A DNA stretch of 64,000 nucleotides. Origin: Podarcis gaigeae. Taxonomy: Eukaryota. The position numbers and the translations under genes were made by a program. The stretch lies in the NCBI GenBank assembly GCA_964106915.2, contig OZ066923.1; one strand, given 5' to 3'. The notes beneath the pieces were generated by a model. It made no database searches and was not told where the DNA came from. It saw nothing but the letters and a program-made list of their open reading frames with translations. Positions 13,001 through 24,386 of the stretch are shown piece after piece; the first letter of the stretch is position 1; each line of letters starts with the position of its first letter.

Positions 13001-15035
13001 ACAAGGGTGCGCATTCCCACATTGTGCAGGCGTGATGGGCATTTTCTCTCCCTTCTGCCTCCAGCATCATACAAAGTCTTGCAGATGAGAAAGAAAACAC
13101 ACACAGGGGAAAAAAAACAACACTTGAAAGGGAACCCTGTTCAGAATTCACATGACAGTCTCTGTTGTGTGTGGAAGGGGGGGGGGGGAGAGAGAGATGA
13201 AAATTCACACCAATGCTGATGCCTTTTAATATAAACATAAACTTGAGGAAATGAACATTTGATTAAACTAAACACATGGGCCTTTTATATCCACAGACCT
13301 TAATTTAAAGCGTTGTCACCTCCACGCTGCCAATGCCAGCTGGAGGAGAAATGATTTAAATTTATCGTCTGACTTCTAAGTGATTCCACAAAAGTCTGCT
13401 GAGAGGGCGACAGGGGAGGGGGTGGCTAGGATAGTGAGGTGGGTGAGTTGAATATTCCTTATTTCAATACATCTGCAGGAACTACTAGAGAATGCTCATA
13501 TATGACAGGAAAGTTCCAAGTCTCAACTTAAACTACAATGCAAAAACGGTGTGCTACTCAGCTATTTGGGTGCTTTTGGGATGTATCTTCTTTTAAAAAA
13601 TAAAAATATTTCCTTCATTAGGTTTCTGGGCTGCTTGCAGTTCTAGTTTTATTGTTGTCCTTCCCCTTCTTTCCGAGATCCTTTGCCATTCAGAATTTTC
13701 TGCCACCCAAGTTTACATTTTGTACATGCCAATCAAAGGTAAAGAGAGATTTTTCTTTAAAACTGTACCTCCTTATATGGAGAGAATAGAAATAACTTTT
13801 TGGTGCTAGTGTGTGCTTTTAAAGATGAAAAATGAAACCTTGTTTGTTACATTGTAAGGGAATATTTAGGCGTGTAGGATCCAGTTTAAGGCAAAGAATT
13901 GCCGCTTCCCTTGTACGAAAGGCAATGCTGAAAAAGTCAAATCATTTTATCACATACTTTCTGCTGGGATAGGGTGGCTAAATACGTCAGCTCATCCCAC
14001 CCTGGTGCTGTCCAGATGTTTTGAACTACAACTCCCATCAACCCCGACCATTGACCAAGCTGCTTGTGTTGTTGGGAATTGTATTAACTTGGGCCCACGA
14101 TATCTTTGCAGATGACCTCCCATGGCACAAACCAAGTCGATCTTTATGATCCTCTGGGCATGGGACAAGAAGTGATTCTTCTAAGCTAAAAAAAAAAGAG
14201 TGACTCAAACTCATTTTCATAGTTGGGAGTACTTTCAGAGTGAATTGCACCCCAACACAGAGGGATGTGCTTCACTCCCTAGTGAATTGACAGACTTAGG
14301 TTTGTCATGACTAACTTGTTCCATTCATTTTAATTAACATTAATTTATGTGGGGCAATCATGGAAAGTATTTCACGAGCCATATAATTGACAAGTTACAA
14401 TTTGTTTTCATGAATTTCAAGGGTGTAAATCCAAAGCCAACATAGATGTGGGAAATTTCCTTCTAGACGAGGGTAGGGCAGACTCCAGGCTTGTCTGGTT
14501 CACTTTGCTTTGTACCAGAATGCCAAGATCTACCAACCAGAGCCAGGTACAATAATTAGAATTAATGTACAGAGTGCAGCTAGCCCATGAGTTTGTTTTC
14601 AGACCTCAACCAATCACACAGTCGTTCCTTTTCCGCTTAGTTTTCTTCATTTCAGCAGGCTACCTTAGATAGGAAAAGTTGTTTTGTTATTGAGATTGTC
14701 TGGAGTCATTGAAACCCTTGCAGACCTTCTGCAGATGACCCAAGCATCACAGTTTACCTTTTGCCCACTCCTCTTCCAGACAATTAAGTATCTCTTTTTT
14801 CCACGGATCTCAGCTGAATCCTCTACATCAGACCATTGGCTTATAAATAAAAAGATCTGGCAAGTAAAACAAGGAATTCAGTTGGTTTTGCTAGGTTTTT
14901 AAATATTTCATTCATTGAGCAACAGTGAAATGGTAGAAATACACAAAACTAGTTTTAGAGAGGGGGAGAATTCTCTGAAAGTGGTATTAGTGGAGGAGCA
15001 ATAGGACAAAAGCCAATATTAAGTAAATCAGATGT

Positions 15036-15085
15036 TTCCTTCCTTCCTTCCTTCCTTCCTTCCTTCCTTCCTTCCTTCCTTCCTC
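15036..15085. repeat. (TTCC)n microsatellite
   Basis: About 12 tandem TTCC units. Confidence 0.9.
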
Positions 15086-15350
15086 CTCCCCTCCCTTTTA
15101 CAGAGTCCTTCCTTCTTGCAAACTGTAGGACTTTAGATTATTTATTCTCAGGTTTAGGGATGATTAACATACCCATGCATGCCTTCTTGTGATTGCAATG
15201 CTTCAGAATGCTGTTGGAGCAGTGGGTGCTTTTATGTGTCCTTGGGGAACCCTCCATTCGTAAAGGGAAAAAAGGTAGTACATCAAGGAGAACGTTAGGC
15301 CCATATGCAGTACTGTATCACCTTAAACAGCCCCCGCACCAAAGAATCAA

Positions 15351-15573
15351 AAGCACCCCTAAGTGCAAGTAGATAAATAGGTACCGCTTTCTAGCGGGAA
15401 GGTAAACGGCGTTTCCATGTGCAGCACTGGTGCTGGCTCGCCAGCTGCAGCTTCATCGCGCTGGCCACGTGACCCGGAAGTGTCTTCGGACGGCACCGGC
15501 TCCCGGCCTCTTGAGCAAGATGAGCACGCAACCCTAGAGTCGGTCACGACTGGCAAGTACGGGCAGGGGTACC
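15351..15573 (+). mobile_element. Sauria SINE, 5'-truncated
   Basis: Matches the 3' two-thirds of 2157-2522. Confidence 0.85.
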
Positions 15574-15660
15574 ATCTAAAGTGTTGTGAACCTGCTTTAA
15601 ACTGGAAAGGGCCTTAAAATTGAAACCTTTTCCCTGCACACACGATCTTTTCTTTAAGTA

Positions 15661-15878
15661 TAGTGGTACCTCGGGTTAAGAACTTAATTCGTTCTGGAGG
15701 TCTGTTCTTAACCTGAAACTGTTCTTAACCTGAGGTACCACTTTAGCTAATGGGGCCTCCTGCTGCCGCTGCCACGTGATTTCTGTTCTCATCCTGAAGC
15801 AAAGTTCTTAACATGAGGTACTATTTCTGGGTTAGCGGGGTCTGTAGCCTGAAGTGTCTGTAGCCCAAGGTACCACTG
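15661..15878. mobile_element. Tc1/mariner (Tigger-like) MITE
   Basis: Same family as 5145-5372; TA TSD. Confidence 0.86.
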
Positions 15879-16290
15879 TAATGAGCTTTAGAAATGGGAG
15901 AGAATTCAAATGTTCAAAAAGGCACCTGTGCTCTGAAGTGGTAGAGTCTCAGGGGGACCGAAGTGTGTGCTTTTTATGAATATGTACATGTTTTTAGAAC
16001 ATAGGAACATAGAGACCTGCCTTATATTGAATCAGCTCCTTGGTCCACCTAGCAGGGTTCCCAAAAGGACTGTTGCAGCCTTGCTGGAGATTGTGTGCAT
16101 TGAATCCAGAACACTGGCATGCAATGCATGGTCTCTACCATTGAGCTGCAGCCCTTCCCCTTCACAATTGGCCATTATCTTCCTTCCCCACGATTCTCAC
16201 AGCTTCCATACTTCCAAACGTCCAACCTGTGCATTTTAGGTAGACTTTAAAAATCCATTATTACCTTCTCTCTGCAGTCTCTTTAAACAC

Positions 16291-16544
16291 AAGAGTTTGG
16301 AGAAGAGTTTGGATTTGATATCCCGCCTTTCACCCCCCTTCAGGCGTCTCAAAGCGGCTAACATTCTCTTTTCCCTTCCTCCCCCACAACACACACTCTG
16401 TGAGGTGAGTGGGGCTGAGAGACTTCACAGAAGTGTGACTGGCCCAAGGTCACCCAGCAGCTGCATGTGGAGGAGCGGAGACGCGAACCCGGTTCCCCAG
16501 ATTAGGAGACTACCGCTCTTAACCACTACACCACACTGGCTCCC
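16291..16544 (-). mobile_element. tRNA-derived SINE (Squam3/MIR-like)
   Basis: Head GGGAGCCAGTGTGGTGTAGTGGTTAAGAG on minus; same family as 61815-62100. Confidence 0.8.
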
Positions 16545-18414
16545 CTGAGCAGAGGGGATTAAAACACAAGACCTGGTTATGAGCAAAGCCCTCCTGCAAA
16601 ATACTGTATGTGTGAGAATTCTGCTCGGTCTGTAACCCCTTGCATCTATCAATAAGGTTATTGCAAAAGTTAGCAGTGAAGCACCTCTAATGTTGCCTAA
16701 CATTATCAGGTTTCCTTGACCTCCGTTGGCCTGAGTATGAAATAGAGATGGATCTAGTTTTGTTGGTAGATTATCCTGCTCCTAGAAGCTGGCAAAGGTC
16801 AGCTGTCCAGGCTGCATTCTTTGATCTCTCAGTAGACTTTGATCCATGTGATCAAGAAATATTGCTGGCATTTTTGCTGACCCTGGCTGCAGTCAACAGG
16901 AATGCATTTCAGGGAGGAGGACAATGAGGTCAATGTTGATCCTAAATATTCTTTTACAGTGCTGGATTCTGTGGATGTGAATCAAATTTAGAGTTGATTT
17001 ACAAACACCCTCACACACACAAACATGCTATCACACTTGATTTGCAAATTTGTGAGAAAGTCGTTATCTTGGACTGTGTTAGGCGAGACCCAGGCTGAAA
17101 TCCACTCTGTTATGAAGCTCAAGCAGCAACTCTCAGCCTCATGCGGATTTGGATGGGCTGGGAGGGAATTGTGTACTGAGCAGAGGGGATTAAAAATGCA
17201 ATTACAAAAAATGAGGAAGCAGAAACAGAAAGTGCAGATAATTTGCGCATTCTCCCTCTATGCTTTTCCTGCATGTCGCGTGGATGTGTCATTTATGGCT
17301 CTCCCTGTCAAAGTGAAGACGAGTGTATTTACCATTGTGGTGGCAGCGCAGTACATAGGGGCATAGGTGGAAAACACATGTGCAATCTTGATTCATGCCT
17401 TTCAACATGTGAAGCAGATAGGAATGGGCCCTCATTTTTCCGTAAGTTCAGTTCTCCATAGCAATTTGGAGAAGTGTGAATTTTGAAGGATGGCTGTGTT
17501 TCAGTTTTCATAATCATTTGAAAAAGTGCAGATTGATAGATTTGTCCTTAAATGTGAACTCCATTGAATTCCTTCCCCATTCCCAGGTCCATATTCAGAA
17601 ATCATGGCTGGATGGAGTCGGAAGGATAAGTCTCCCAGGGGTCTATCTTCACCCTTATCCATTCCTGCTCTTGATGGTGAAAAAAGCCACATAAGTCACT
17701 CTTTGCTTTGCTGCCTCATTCCTCTCTCTTAGCATTAGGACTGCTTCTCCTTTGTACTTTTAATAATGTGTGAGGCGAGATCAATAAAGTATGCAACAAA
17801 GCCAAATTCACAACTGAAGGAACAACAGACCATCTTGGATCCCATGATTAAGCCCATATGGGCTCCCTCAAATCTTCATAGAACGTTGGGCTTATCTGAG
17901 CATAAGGTGTCTTGTAGCAGTTTATCCTACGTGAATTTTTAGGAGAGCCTGCTAGAATTCCAAGTACTCTCTGCTTGATTCATCAAGGTCTTGCGTATAG
18001 TTTTGCTGCCCTCGCCTGGTAAGACAGAGCAGTCATTTGTGCTGTTGAAGCAATTTCCCTAGAGGAGGAGGAGGAAAGGGAAATTACTCATATGCCTCTG
18101 GGCCTTTCCCAGCAGCCAAAGTGGGCAGGAATAAATCAGGATGAAATACTAGAAAAAATGTGGAGTTCTTTGTGGGGGGGGGGGCAAATATGCCACCCAC
18201 ACTCTGCAATAATTATTTTTTTTTTAGCATGAGTGTATTCATCATGGGAGTTCGGACTACGGAATGCATAAAATATAGGAATGTAGGAAGCTGCCTTTGA
18301 CAGACCAATTGGCTCAGTACAGCCTACACTGACAGGCAGCAGTGCTCCAGGGTTATGAGCAGAGGTCTTTCCAGCCCTGGTGGAAGATGCCAGGGATTGA
18401 ACCCGAGAGCTTCT

Positions 18415-18820
18415 TTTTTGTGTTTTGTGTTGTTGTTTTTTACAGAAGTATGTGTAATGTATCTCGTATTTTTTCCATGTAACATTTTTACAAATCAGTT
18501 TCATTTGTTGAGACATTAGTGGGGGGAAAGGGGTGGAGGGGTGGAAGATGGGTGGGGGTGGGGTCGGGTGGCGATGTTCTATTTTGCTTAATGTATGTAG
18601 GGTTTCGTGTCAGCGTTGCTTGTGACGGTTCTCTGCTGTTCATTTGTGTTTCTTTGGTGGTGAGAGAGGTTGGGGTTGGCCTATGGTGTGGCAAGACGCC
18701 TTTACCCAGGTATGGCTCCCCTTTATCACATACACAGCCCAACAAGACAATGACAATAACCCACCACAGCATACAAATCAATATGGCTAACCTGATCCAA
18801 AACACACACCCACCCCACGA
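18415..18820 (-). mobile_element. Short L1-like insertion with 5' inversion, nested in a tRNA-derived SINE
   Basis: 16-bp TSD GAACC(C/T)GAGAGCTTCT at 18399-18414 and 18821-18836; T-rich tail on the left; strand composition flips near 18690; right part encodes DAFTQVWLPFITY on +, resembling an L1 ORF2 C-terminus. Confidence 0.7.
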
Positions 18821-19051
18821 GAACCTGAGAGCTTCTACATGCAAAGCAGATGCTCTGGGCCTTCCACTATGTGGGTGGGGTAAGCAGTAACGTCTAGCTG
18901 GCTCGGAGATTGTCTTCTTCTGCATCTTTATGATGGTCCTTTATGGTGGTTCTTTCCCCCTTAAGGGGTCCCATCAGAGAAAGTAAGGTGGAGATAAATA
19001 TCTTAATAAAACATAGTAAAAAATAATTACCCTCACACCCACCTTTTACAG

Positions 19052-19140
19052 GGTGTTCCTGACTACGAAAACATACATGAACTCCCCTACTTGGATATGG
19101 TGATAGCAGAGACTCTGCGCATGTATCCACCAGCGTTCAG
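19052..19140 (+). CDS. TBXAS1: Thromboxane A synthase 1 (CYP5A1), fourth-last coding exon (human exon 10 equivalent)
   Basis: ttttacag acceptor, gttagt donor; translates [30 protein letters not shown] with the P450 K-helix ExxR motif; ends in phase 2, matching the next exon. Confidence 0.93.
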
Positions 19141-20558
19141 GTTAGTAGAAATCCCTCTTCCAGAATCTGTCATGCACACTTTCTCAGGCCGGGACTGGGT
19201 ATTCAGAATCTGGCAGTGGCTGGATTGCTGCTGCTGCTGTGCTTTATTTGATTTCAGTCCTGCCATTTGATCCAGAAGGATTGCCAAAGCAAGATTGTAT
19301 AACATAATACAATATAAAAACACGGGGGCTGTTTTAGCCCCCTTCCAAAGGCTTAGTGTTGCTCTGGGATTGGCTGAACAGGTGCCGCTGCAGAGAGGAG
19401 AAGGGATGAGATGTCTGGTGCGTAATTCCTTCAAAACAAGTGCTTTTTGAGCCCTGCAGGGCTGAGATATGTGACTGCGCAGCCTGTGCCGAGGCCAATG
19501 TTTATTTATTTTATTTTTCTTAAAAATGTCTACCCTACCTTTTTACCAGCCAAGTTGCCTATGCTGCTGACATTTGATTTCGAAACAATGCAAAGATGAA
19601 CTTTCAAAACAGACTGAAACAAAACAACCTAAAAATATTCACAGTTCAAACGGCAGCAACTAAAAATAGAAAGAAGCAGGTTCATCTTATCTGATATTAA
19701 AAGCTTGAGAAAGAGAGGACAGCTGTAACCTGGTGCCTAAAGGATAACAAACACCAGTGTCAGATGGATATGGTTGGGAAGAGACCACAGAGGTGGCCTG
19801 GTCCTTGGTGAGGAAGGAGAAGCAAAGGTAGCGGGACCTGGAACAAGGCCTCCTCTGAGGATCTTGGCATATGGGACATGGCAATCAAAGATGTGCTTGC
19901 CCCCAAGCCGTTTAGAGAGATTTTAAAGCAGAAATACAGCTAAGCCAAAAGGGCACCCAAATTCTGCTGACATATCCAGAGGTGCAAAACTGGGAGGCAG
20001 GGTTTTCAGGGGTAAGGTGGGCAGAATGAAAGAAGGATCTCACATAAAAAAAAGCCTTGTTGGATCAGGCCAGTGGTCCTTCCCAGTCTAGCATTGTTCT
20101 CTCAGTGGCCAGCCAGATACCTGTGGGAGGCCCACAAGCAGGACTTGAGCTCAATGGTTACTCTCCCATCCTGCAGTTTCCAGCAGCTGGTATTCAGAAG
20201 GATACTGCCAGGAAGAGCTGCTGTGGGTGCCATTTCACCCACACTACCCACCCACTGGAATTGACATGGGGATGTTCCTCTCACTTGCTGCTGCTCTAAA
20301 CACTCACTCACTCACTCCAAGGGGAAATATATTTTTGTTTCCTAACTACTCTTTGAAGTGTGCTAGAAGACAAACCGGAAGCCAATGGCAGTCCTTTTTA
20401 GTGTCAAAATATGCTCCCTGTAAGCAGGTTGCCAAACTAAGTGATCTGGGTAGCCACATTATCTAAGCAGCCTGCTCTCTCTCTCCACTTGGGAGTTTCC
20501 TTTTCAGTGATCATAGCCATGCTTCCCTCACTCAAAGCAGCCCATCCTTGAAAGGTTT

Positions 20559-20594
20559 TTTTTTATAGGATATTTATTAAGATTTTTTAAAGAA
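20559..20594 (-). mobile_element. 36-bp L1 3'-end stub
   Basis: 17-bp TSD CCATCCTTGAAAGGTTT at 20542-20558 and 20595-20611; reverse complement (ctttaaaaaatcttaataaatatcctataaaaaa) matches the 3' end of the L1 at 38931-38966. Confidence 0.8.
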
Positions 20595-20693
20595 CCATCC
20601 TTGAAAGGTTTACATGCAGAAGCTTCTCCAAGTAAGTCTTTCCCTGTGCATTTGTCTTTGCATTCTTGAAACGTGCCACTTTTGCTCTTGCAG

Positions 20694-20831
20694 GTTCACC
20701 CGGGAAGCAGCAAAAGACTGCTTAGTTTTGAAGCAGCGTATACCTGCTGGTGCTATAATGGAATTTGCTGTTGGACACCTCCATTACAATCCAAAGATCT
20801 GGCCGGAACCTGAGAAGTTTATTCCCGAGAG
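20694..20831 (+). CDS. TBXAS1: TBXAS1 coding exon (human exon 11 equivalent), 138 bp
   Basis: ttgcag acceptor, gtacgt donor; [46 protein letters not shown] containing the PERF/meander motif. Confidence 0.95.
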
Positions 20832-21372
20832 GTACGTGGTCTGTTGTTCTCCCTTTGATCAGACCCAGTAAAATCAAACCCTGATAATGGAAGGGCATTG
20901 ATTTGTGAAAGAGATATAGAAATAGCTCACTTGGTGGACCTTTATTTCTCCGTTACTTCTTCTGTAGGACCAAGGATTACGGTGCCCTCTTACTTTTGCA
21001 GGCTTTGGCCAGGTTCACGTGAAGTTATTTTAACCAAAGTTTCTTACAGTGCCATCATATAGACCAGGCCCAGGTGTCAAATGCTGCCCTGCAGACCTCT
21101 CTCTGGCCCTTGAGATTCTCCCCAGGCCAGATCCCCACCAGCCTTGCTTCACATCCTTCTTGAGACTTTTGTCCTTGAATTCTGATCCGGACCCTTGCTG
21201 GCTTGGAGGGAGGATTGACAGGGGTGTTTATAGAACTTTACGTTCATTGATACACCCAGCTTAGCTTCTGGCTCTGCCCACCCCTGGCCTAATGCACTTT
21301 TACTCCCACCAAGATCTAGCCTACATGTTGCTGTTGGGACACAGACACCCAGACAGTGATGTCCGTAATGTA

Positions 21373-21520
21373 GCCAGCTGGGATAGCTCAATTGGTAGAA
21401 CACAAAGACTTAATTTCAAGGTGATGGGTTTGAGACCAACGCTGGGCCAAAAATTCCTGCATTGCAGGAGGTTGGACTAGATGACCCTCATGGTCCCTTT
21501 CCAACTCTACGGTTCTGTGA
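21373..21520 (+). mobile_element. Short tRNA-headed SINE with CR1-type tail
   Basis: gggatagctcaattggtaga head and cctgcattgcagg...tccaactctac tail; related copies at 25090-25225 (+), 25885-26006 (-) and 34240-34340 (+). Confidence 0.6.
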
Positions 21521-22254
21521 GTGCTGCTCTGCACTTTGCCATTAGGTACAGGATGGAAATGCTGGTGCAGATACTTTTTTCACAGTACTACTTTCACCCT
21601 CGGTGGCTGCTGTATGGGGGTCCTGAATCAACCATCTCCTGTGCTAGCCTAATGCTGTACATATTCCCATAGTACTTTTTGGCCACACAATAATTTCTCT
21701 TGGTACGCATCCCTCTAGGTGAGAGATAGGGAATGTCTGAGGCTCTCCACATGCTGTTGGGCTCCAACTTCCCCCAGCCCAGCATGGCCAATGGTTAGGG
21801 ATGATGAGAGCTGTCATCCCACATCTGGAGGAGCAAAGCTGTTCCTCTTCCCTGCTGTAGACCTCGCGCTTTCTGTTGAAACTGGCAGGAGTGACGACAT
21901 GGTATCGTTTTAGGCACAACTACCATTGTCTCCAGAACCTGCTAAACTGGGAAGATGCATGCATGAAAGGGGCATGGCTAGCTACTTAAGACTTAGGGAA
22001 TAGGCCCCCAATTTTGCACATGCTAATTTATATGTAGAGATGCAAATTTAAGCTGTTGGGGTGGACTGGTCTTGCTGCCCCACCCTTAATCTGTTGGCAA
22101 GAGGAGATGCTTATGTGTTTATTAAAAATGAAGAACAAACAGGCAGATGGCATTCCATTTTGCTTGCAAGATGATTGGGCACACTACAAAGTGAAAAAAA
22201 TACAGTTTTAAGTTTTTTGGTTTATTTTAATCAATTGGTTTTCTTGCCTCACAG

Positions 22255-22417
22255 GTTTACAGCAGAGGCCAAGCTGCAGCGTCCCCCACTTTCTTACCTC
22301 CCCTTTGGGGCTGGGCCTCGTGGATGCATTGGCACCCAGCTGGCTTTGATGGAAATAAAGGTGGCATTTCTGAGAATCTTGCAGAAGTTTGAGTTCAAAG
22401 CCTGCTCCAAGACAGAG
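22255..22417 (+). CDS. TBXAS1: TBXAS1 coding exon (human exon 12 equivalent), heme-binding, 163 bp
   Basis: ctcacag acceptor, gtttgt donor; FTAEAKLQRPPLSYLPFGAGPRGCIGTQLALMEIKVAFLRILQKFEFKACSKTE with the FxxGxRxCxG heme-thiolate motif. Confidence 0.95.
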
Positions 22418-23077
22418 GTTTGTAGCGATTCCTGGAAGTATGTCTCTCTGCCCAGCGGAATATTATAGAGGGGAACTGTGTGTTGGAATTGGAGTTGTTT
22501 TTACAAAGGAGAAGTCTTTGTCTGTCTTCAGCACTGTTGTGCAGAACTCTACCCAATCTTTTAAAAGCAGATTTGGCACCCCCGTCTATGGTGATAAGTG
22601 GAGTACTGCAGGGTGGGACCAAAGATCTACCCAATAGAGCATCCAGTTCCCCAGAGTACCCAACCAGACATCAATGGCAATCCAATGCGAAGCCCACAAA
22701 CAGGAAATGAGCACATAATCACTGCATCTATATTCCACCTTTCCTCTAAAGAGGTCAAGGTAAAGGATTCTCCCTGCTGAATCCTCACAACAACCCCATG
22801 AGTTAGGTAAGGCTGAGAGTGATTAGTCAAGGCCACCCAACAAGCTTCATAGCTGAATGGGGGATTTGAACCTTGGTATCCCAGCCCAGTGCTCTAACCC
22901 CCTACTGTAACCTTCATACTTTCTACACTCATGGAACTTATTTCAGCATTGACACTTGGGATTGAGGAACCTCTGCAAAGCTATCATTATAACCCGTTGC
23001 ATATAGCTGGAGATATATGACTTATAGGGTGTGTCCATCAGTTCAGCGGGAAGCAAGGAAGCGGGCCAAGTCTAGCG

Positions 23078-23199
23078 TAAGGTTACCAGACATCCCCATT
23101 TCCTGGGGACGTCCCCGGATTTACAAATCAGTCCCCTGACAAAATACACTGAGGTTTAAAAGTGTCTCCAGATTCATTGAAAAAAATCTGGTAACCTTA
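23078..23199. mobile_element. hAT (Blackjack-like) MITE
   Basis: TIR TAAGGTTACCAGA; 8-bp TSD GTCTAGC(G/T). Confidence 0.8.
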
Positions 23200-23358
23200 G
23201 TCTAGCTTCCCCTGCCATCTCCACACATGAACTAAGAGTAGACTCTCAAACACACCCAACACACACCCAGCAGAATAATGTTACAAGGGAAGATTGGTTC
23301 TGCCCAGTGCTCCCCCCCCCCCCAAAAAAATAGGTGCTGGTAACTCACCATGAAGTTG

Positions 23359-23805
23359 AAATATATATAAAAATAAAAAAACTGTCCAGTAGCACCTTAC
23401 GAGACCAACTAATTGTTCTTGGTATAAGCTTTCCATGCACACTTCTTCAATAGCTTATACCAAGAACAAACTTAGTTGGTCTCTAAGGTGCTACTAGACA
23501 AATTTTATATATATTATACAGTGGTGCCTCGCAAGACGAAATTAATTTGTTCCGCGAGTTGTGTCGTCTTGCGATTTTTTCGTCTTGCGGAGCGCGGATT
23601 CGCTGGGTATTAACGGCTTTAAGAAAAAGGAAGCAAACTCGCAAGACATTTTCGTTTTGCGAAGCAAGCCCATAGGGAAAATCGTCTTGCGAAGCAACGC
23701 AAGAAACGAAAAACCCTTTCGTCTTGCGCGTTTTTCGTCTTGCGAGGTACCACTGTATATATATATTGACTGTGTCAGACCAACATGGCTACCTACCTGA
23801 ATCTC
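23359..23805. mobile_element. Older Penelope-like inverted pseudo-LTR remnant, interrupted by a MITE
   Basis: Arms homologous to the 60881-61395 element (tccagtagcacctta...gaccaact / agttggtctctaaggtgctact); degenerate ribozyme core; TSD CCATGAAGTTG at 23348-23358 and 23806-23816. Confidence 0.8.
23519..23755. mobile_element. Tc1/mariner MITE nested in the Penelope remnant
   Basis: Same subfamily as 6682-7035; inserted in a TA-rich tract. Confidence 0.86.
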
Positions 23806-24311
23806 CCATGAAGTTGTTACAGTGCCACACCTCTTAACAACAACGAGAGGTGCTGGTATTGCGTTAGCCTTTAGTACCCCTTGGGGGGGAAAGCACTGTT
23901 TCTGCCATTTCTGGTCTTCTGATTGGGAAAACCCTGAGGTGGTTTCAAGAAACTCAGGCTCTCCTTCTGCAGCAGCTTTATGACTACAATTCTAGCCGCT
24001 TCAAAGCTCACTCAAGTATTTTGCTGGATGGAAGGGTGGGAACCTTGCCTCCCTTGACAACTACATTCATCTAAGGGAGGTATAAGGAATATTTAGCCCT
24101 CCAGATGCTGCAAAACTACAGCTTCCATCAGCCCCAACAAACATGACCCACGTCTGGGGTGGTGAGAGGTGTAGCTCAGCAACACCTGGAGGGCCAAGAT
24201 GCTTCTCACACCTGTTCTAAGGAGACCTGTCTGGCATTTAGTGAGCAGTGGACTTAGGGGAAGTTTACTTCTTAACTTGTTTTTTGTGTTCCGTTTCTGC
24301 ACCCAATCCAG

Positions 24312-24386
24312 ATTCCTTTGAAGGTGAAATCTCACATGACACTCGGACCACAAAATGGAGTCTACATCAAGGTGGTTCCTCGATAG
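24312..24386 (+). CDS. TBXAS1: TBXAS1 terminal coding exon
   Basis: atccag acceptor after a pyrimidine tract; IPLKVKSHMTLGPQNGVYIKVVPR-TAG closely resembles the TBXAS1 C-terminus (LGPKNGVYIKIVSR). Confidence 0.93.
   Translation: MPLKVKSHMTLGPQNGVYIKVVPR

Larger units (their letters stand above)
23305..23898. mobile_element. hAT-like element hosting nested Penelope and MITE insertions
   Basis: CAGTGCT / AGCACTG termini; 8-bp TSD (G/T)TTCTGCC. Confidence 0.7.

Noticed and set aside
18488-18925. 123-145 aa ORFs on both strands
   Set aside because: They cross the inversion junction and TSD of a low-complexity L1 3' UTR.
1-19051. Further TBXAS1 exons or a nested gene in the first 19 kb
   Set aside because: No P450 I-helix (AGY/ET-type) or other recognisable coding segment. 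The short ORFs fall in repeats or look random, consistent with one large intron.
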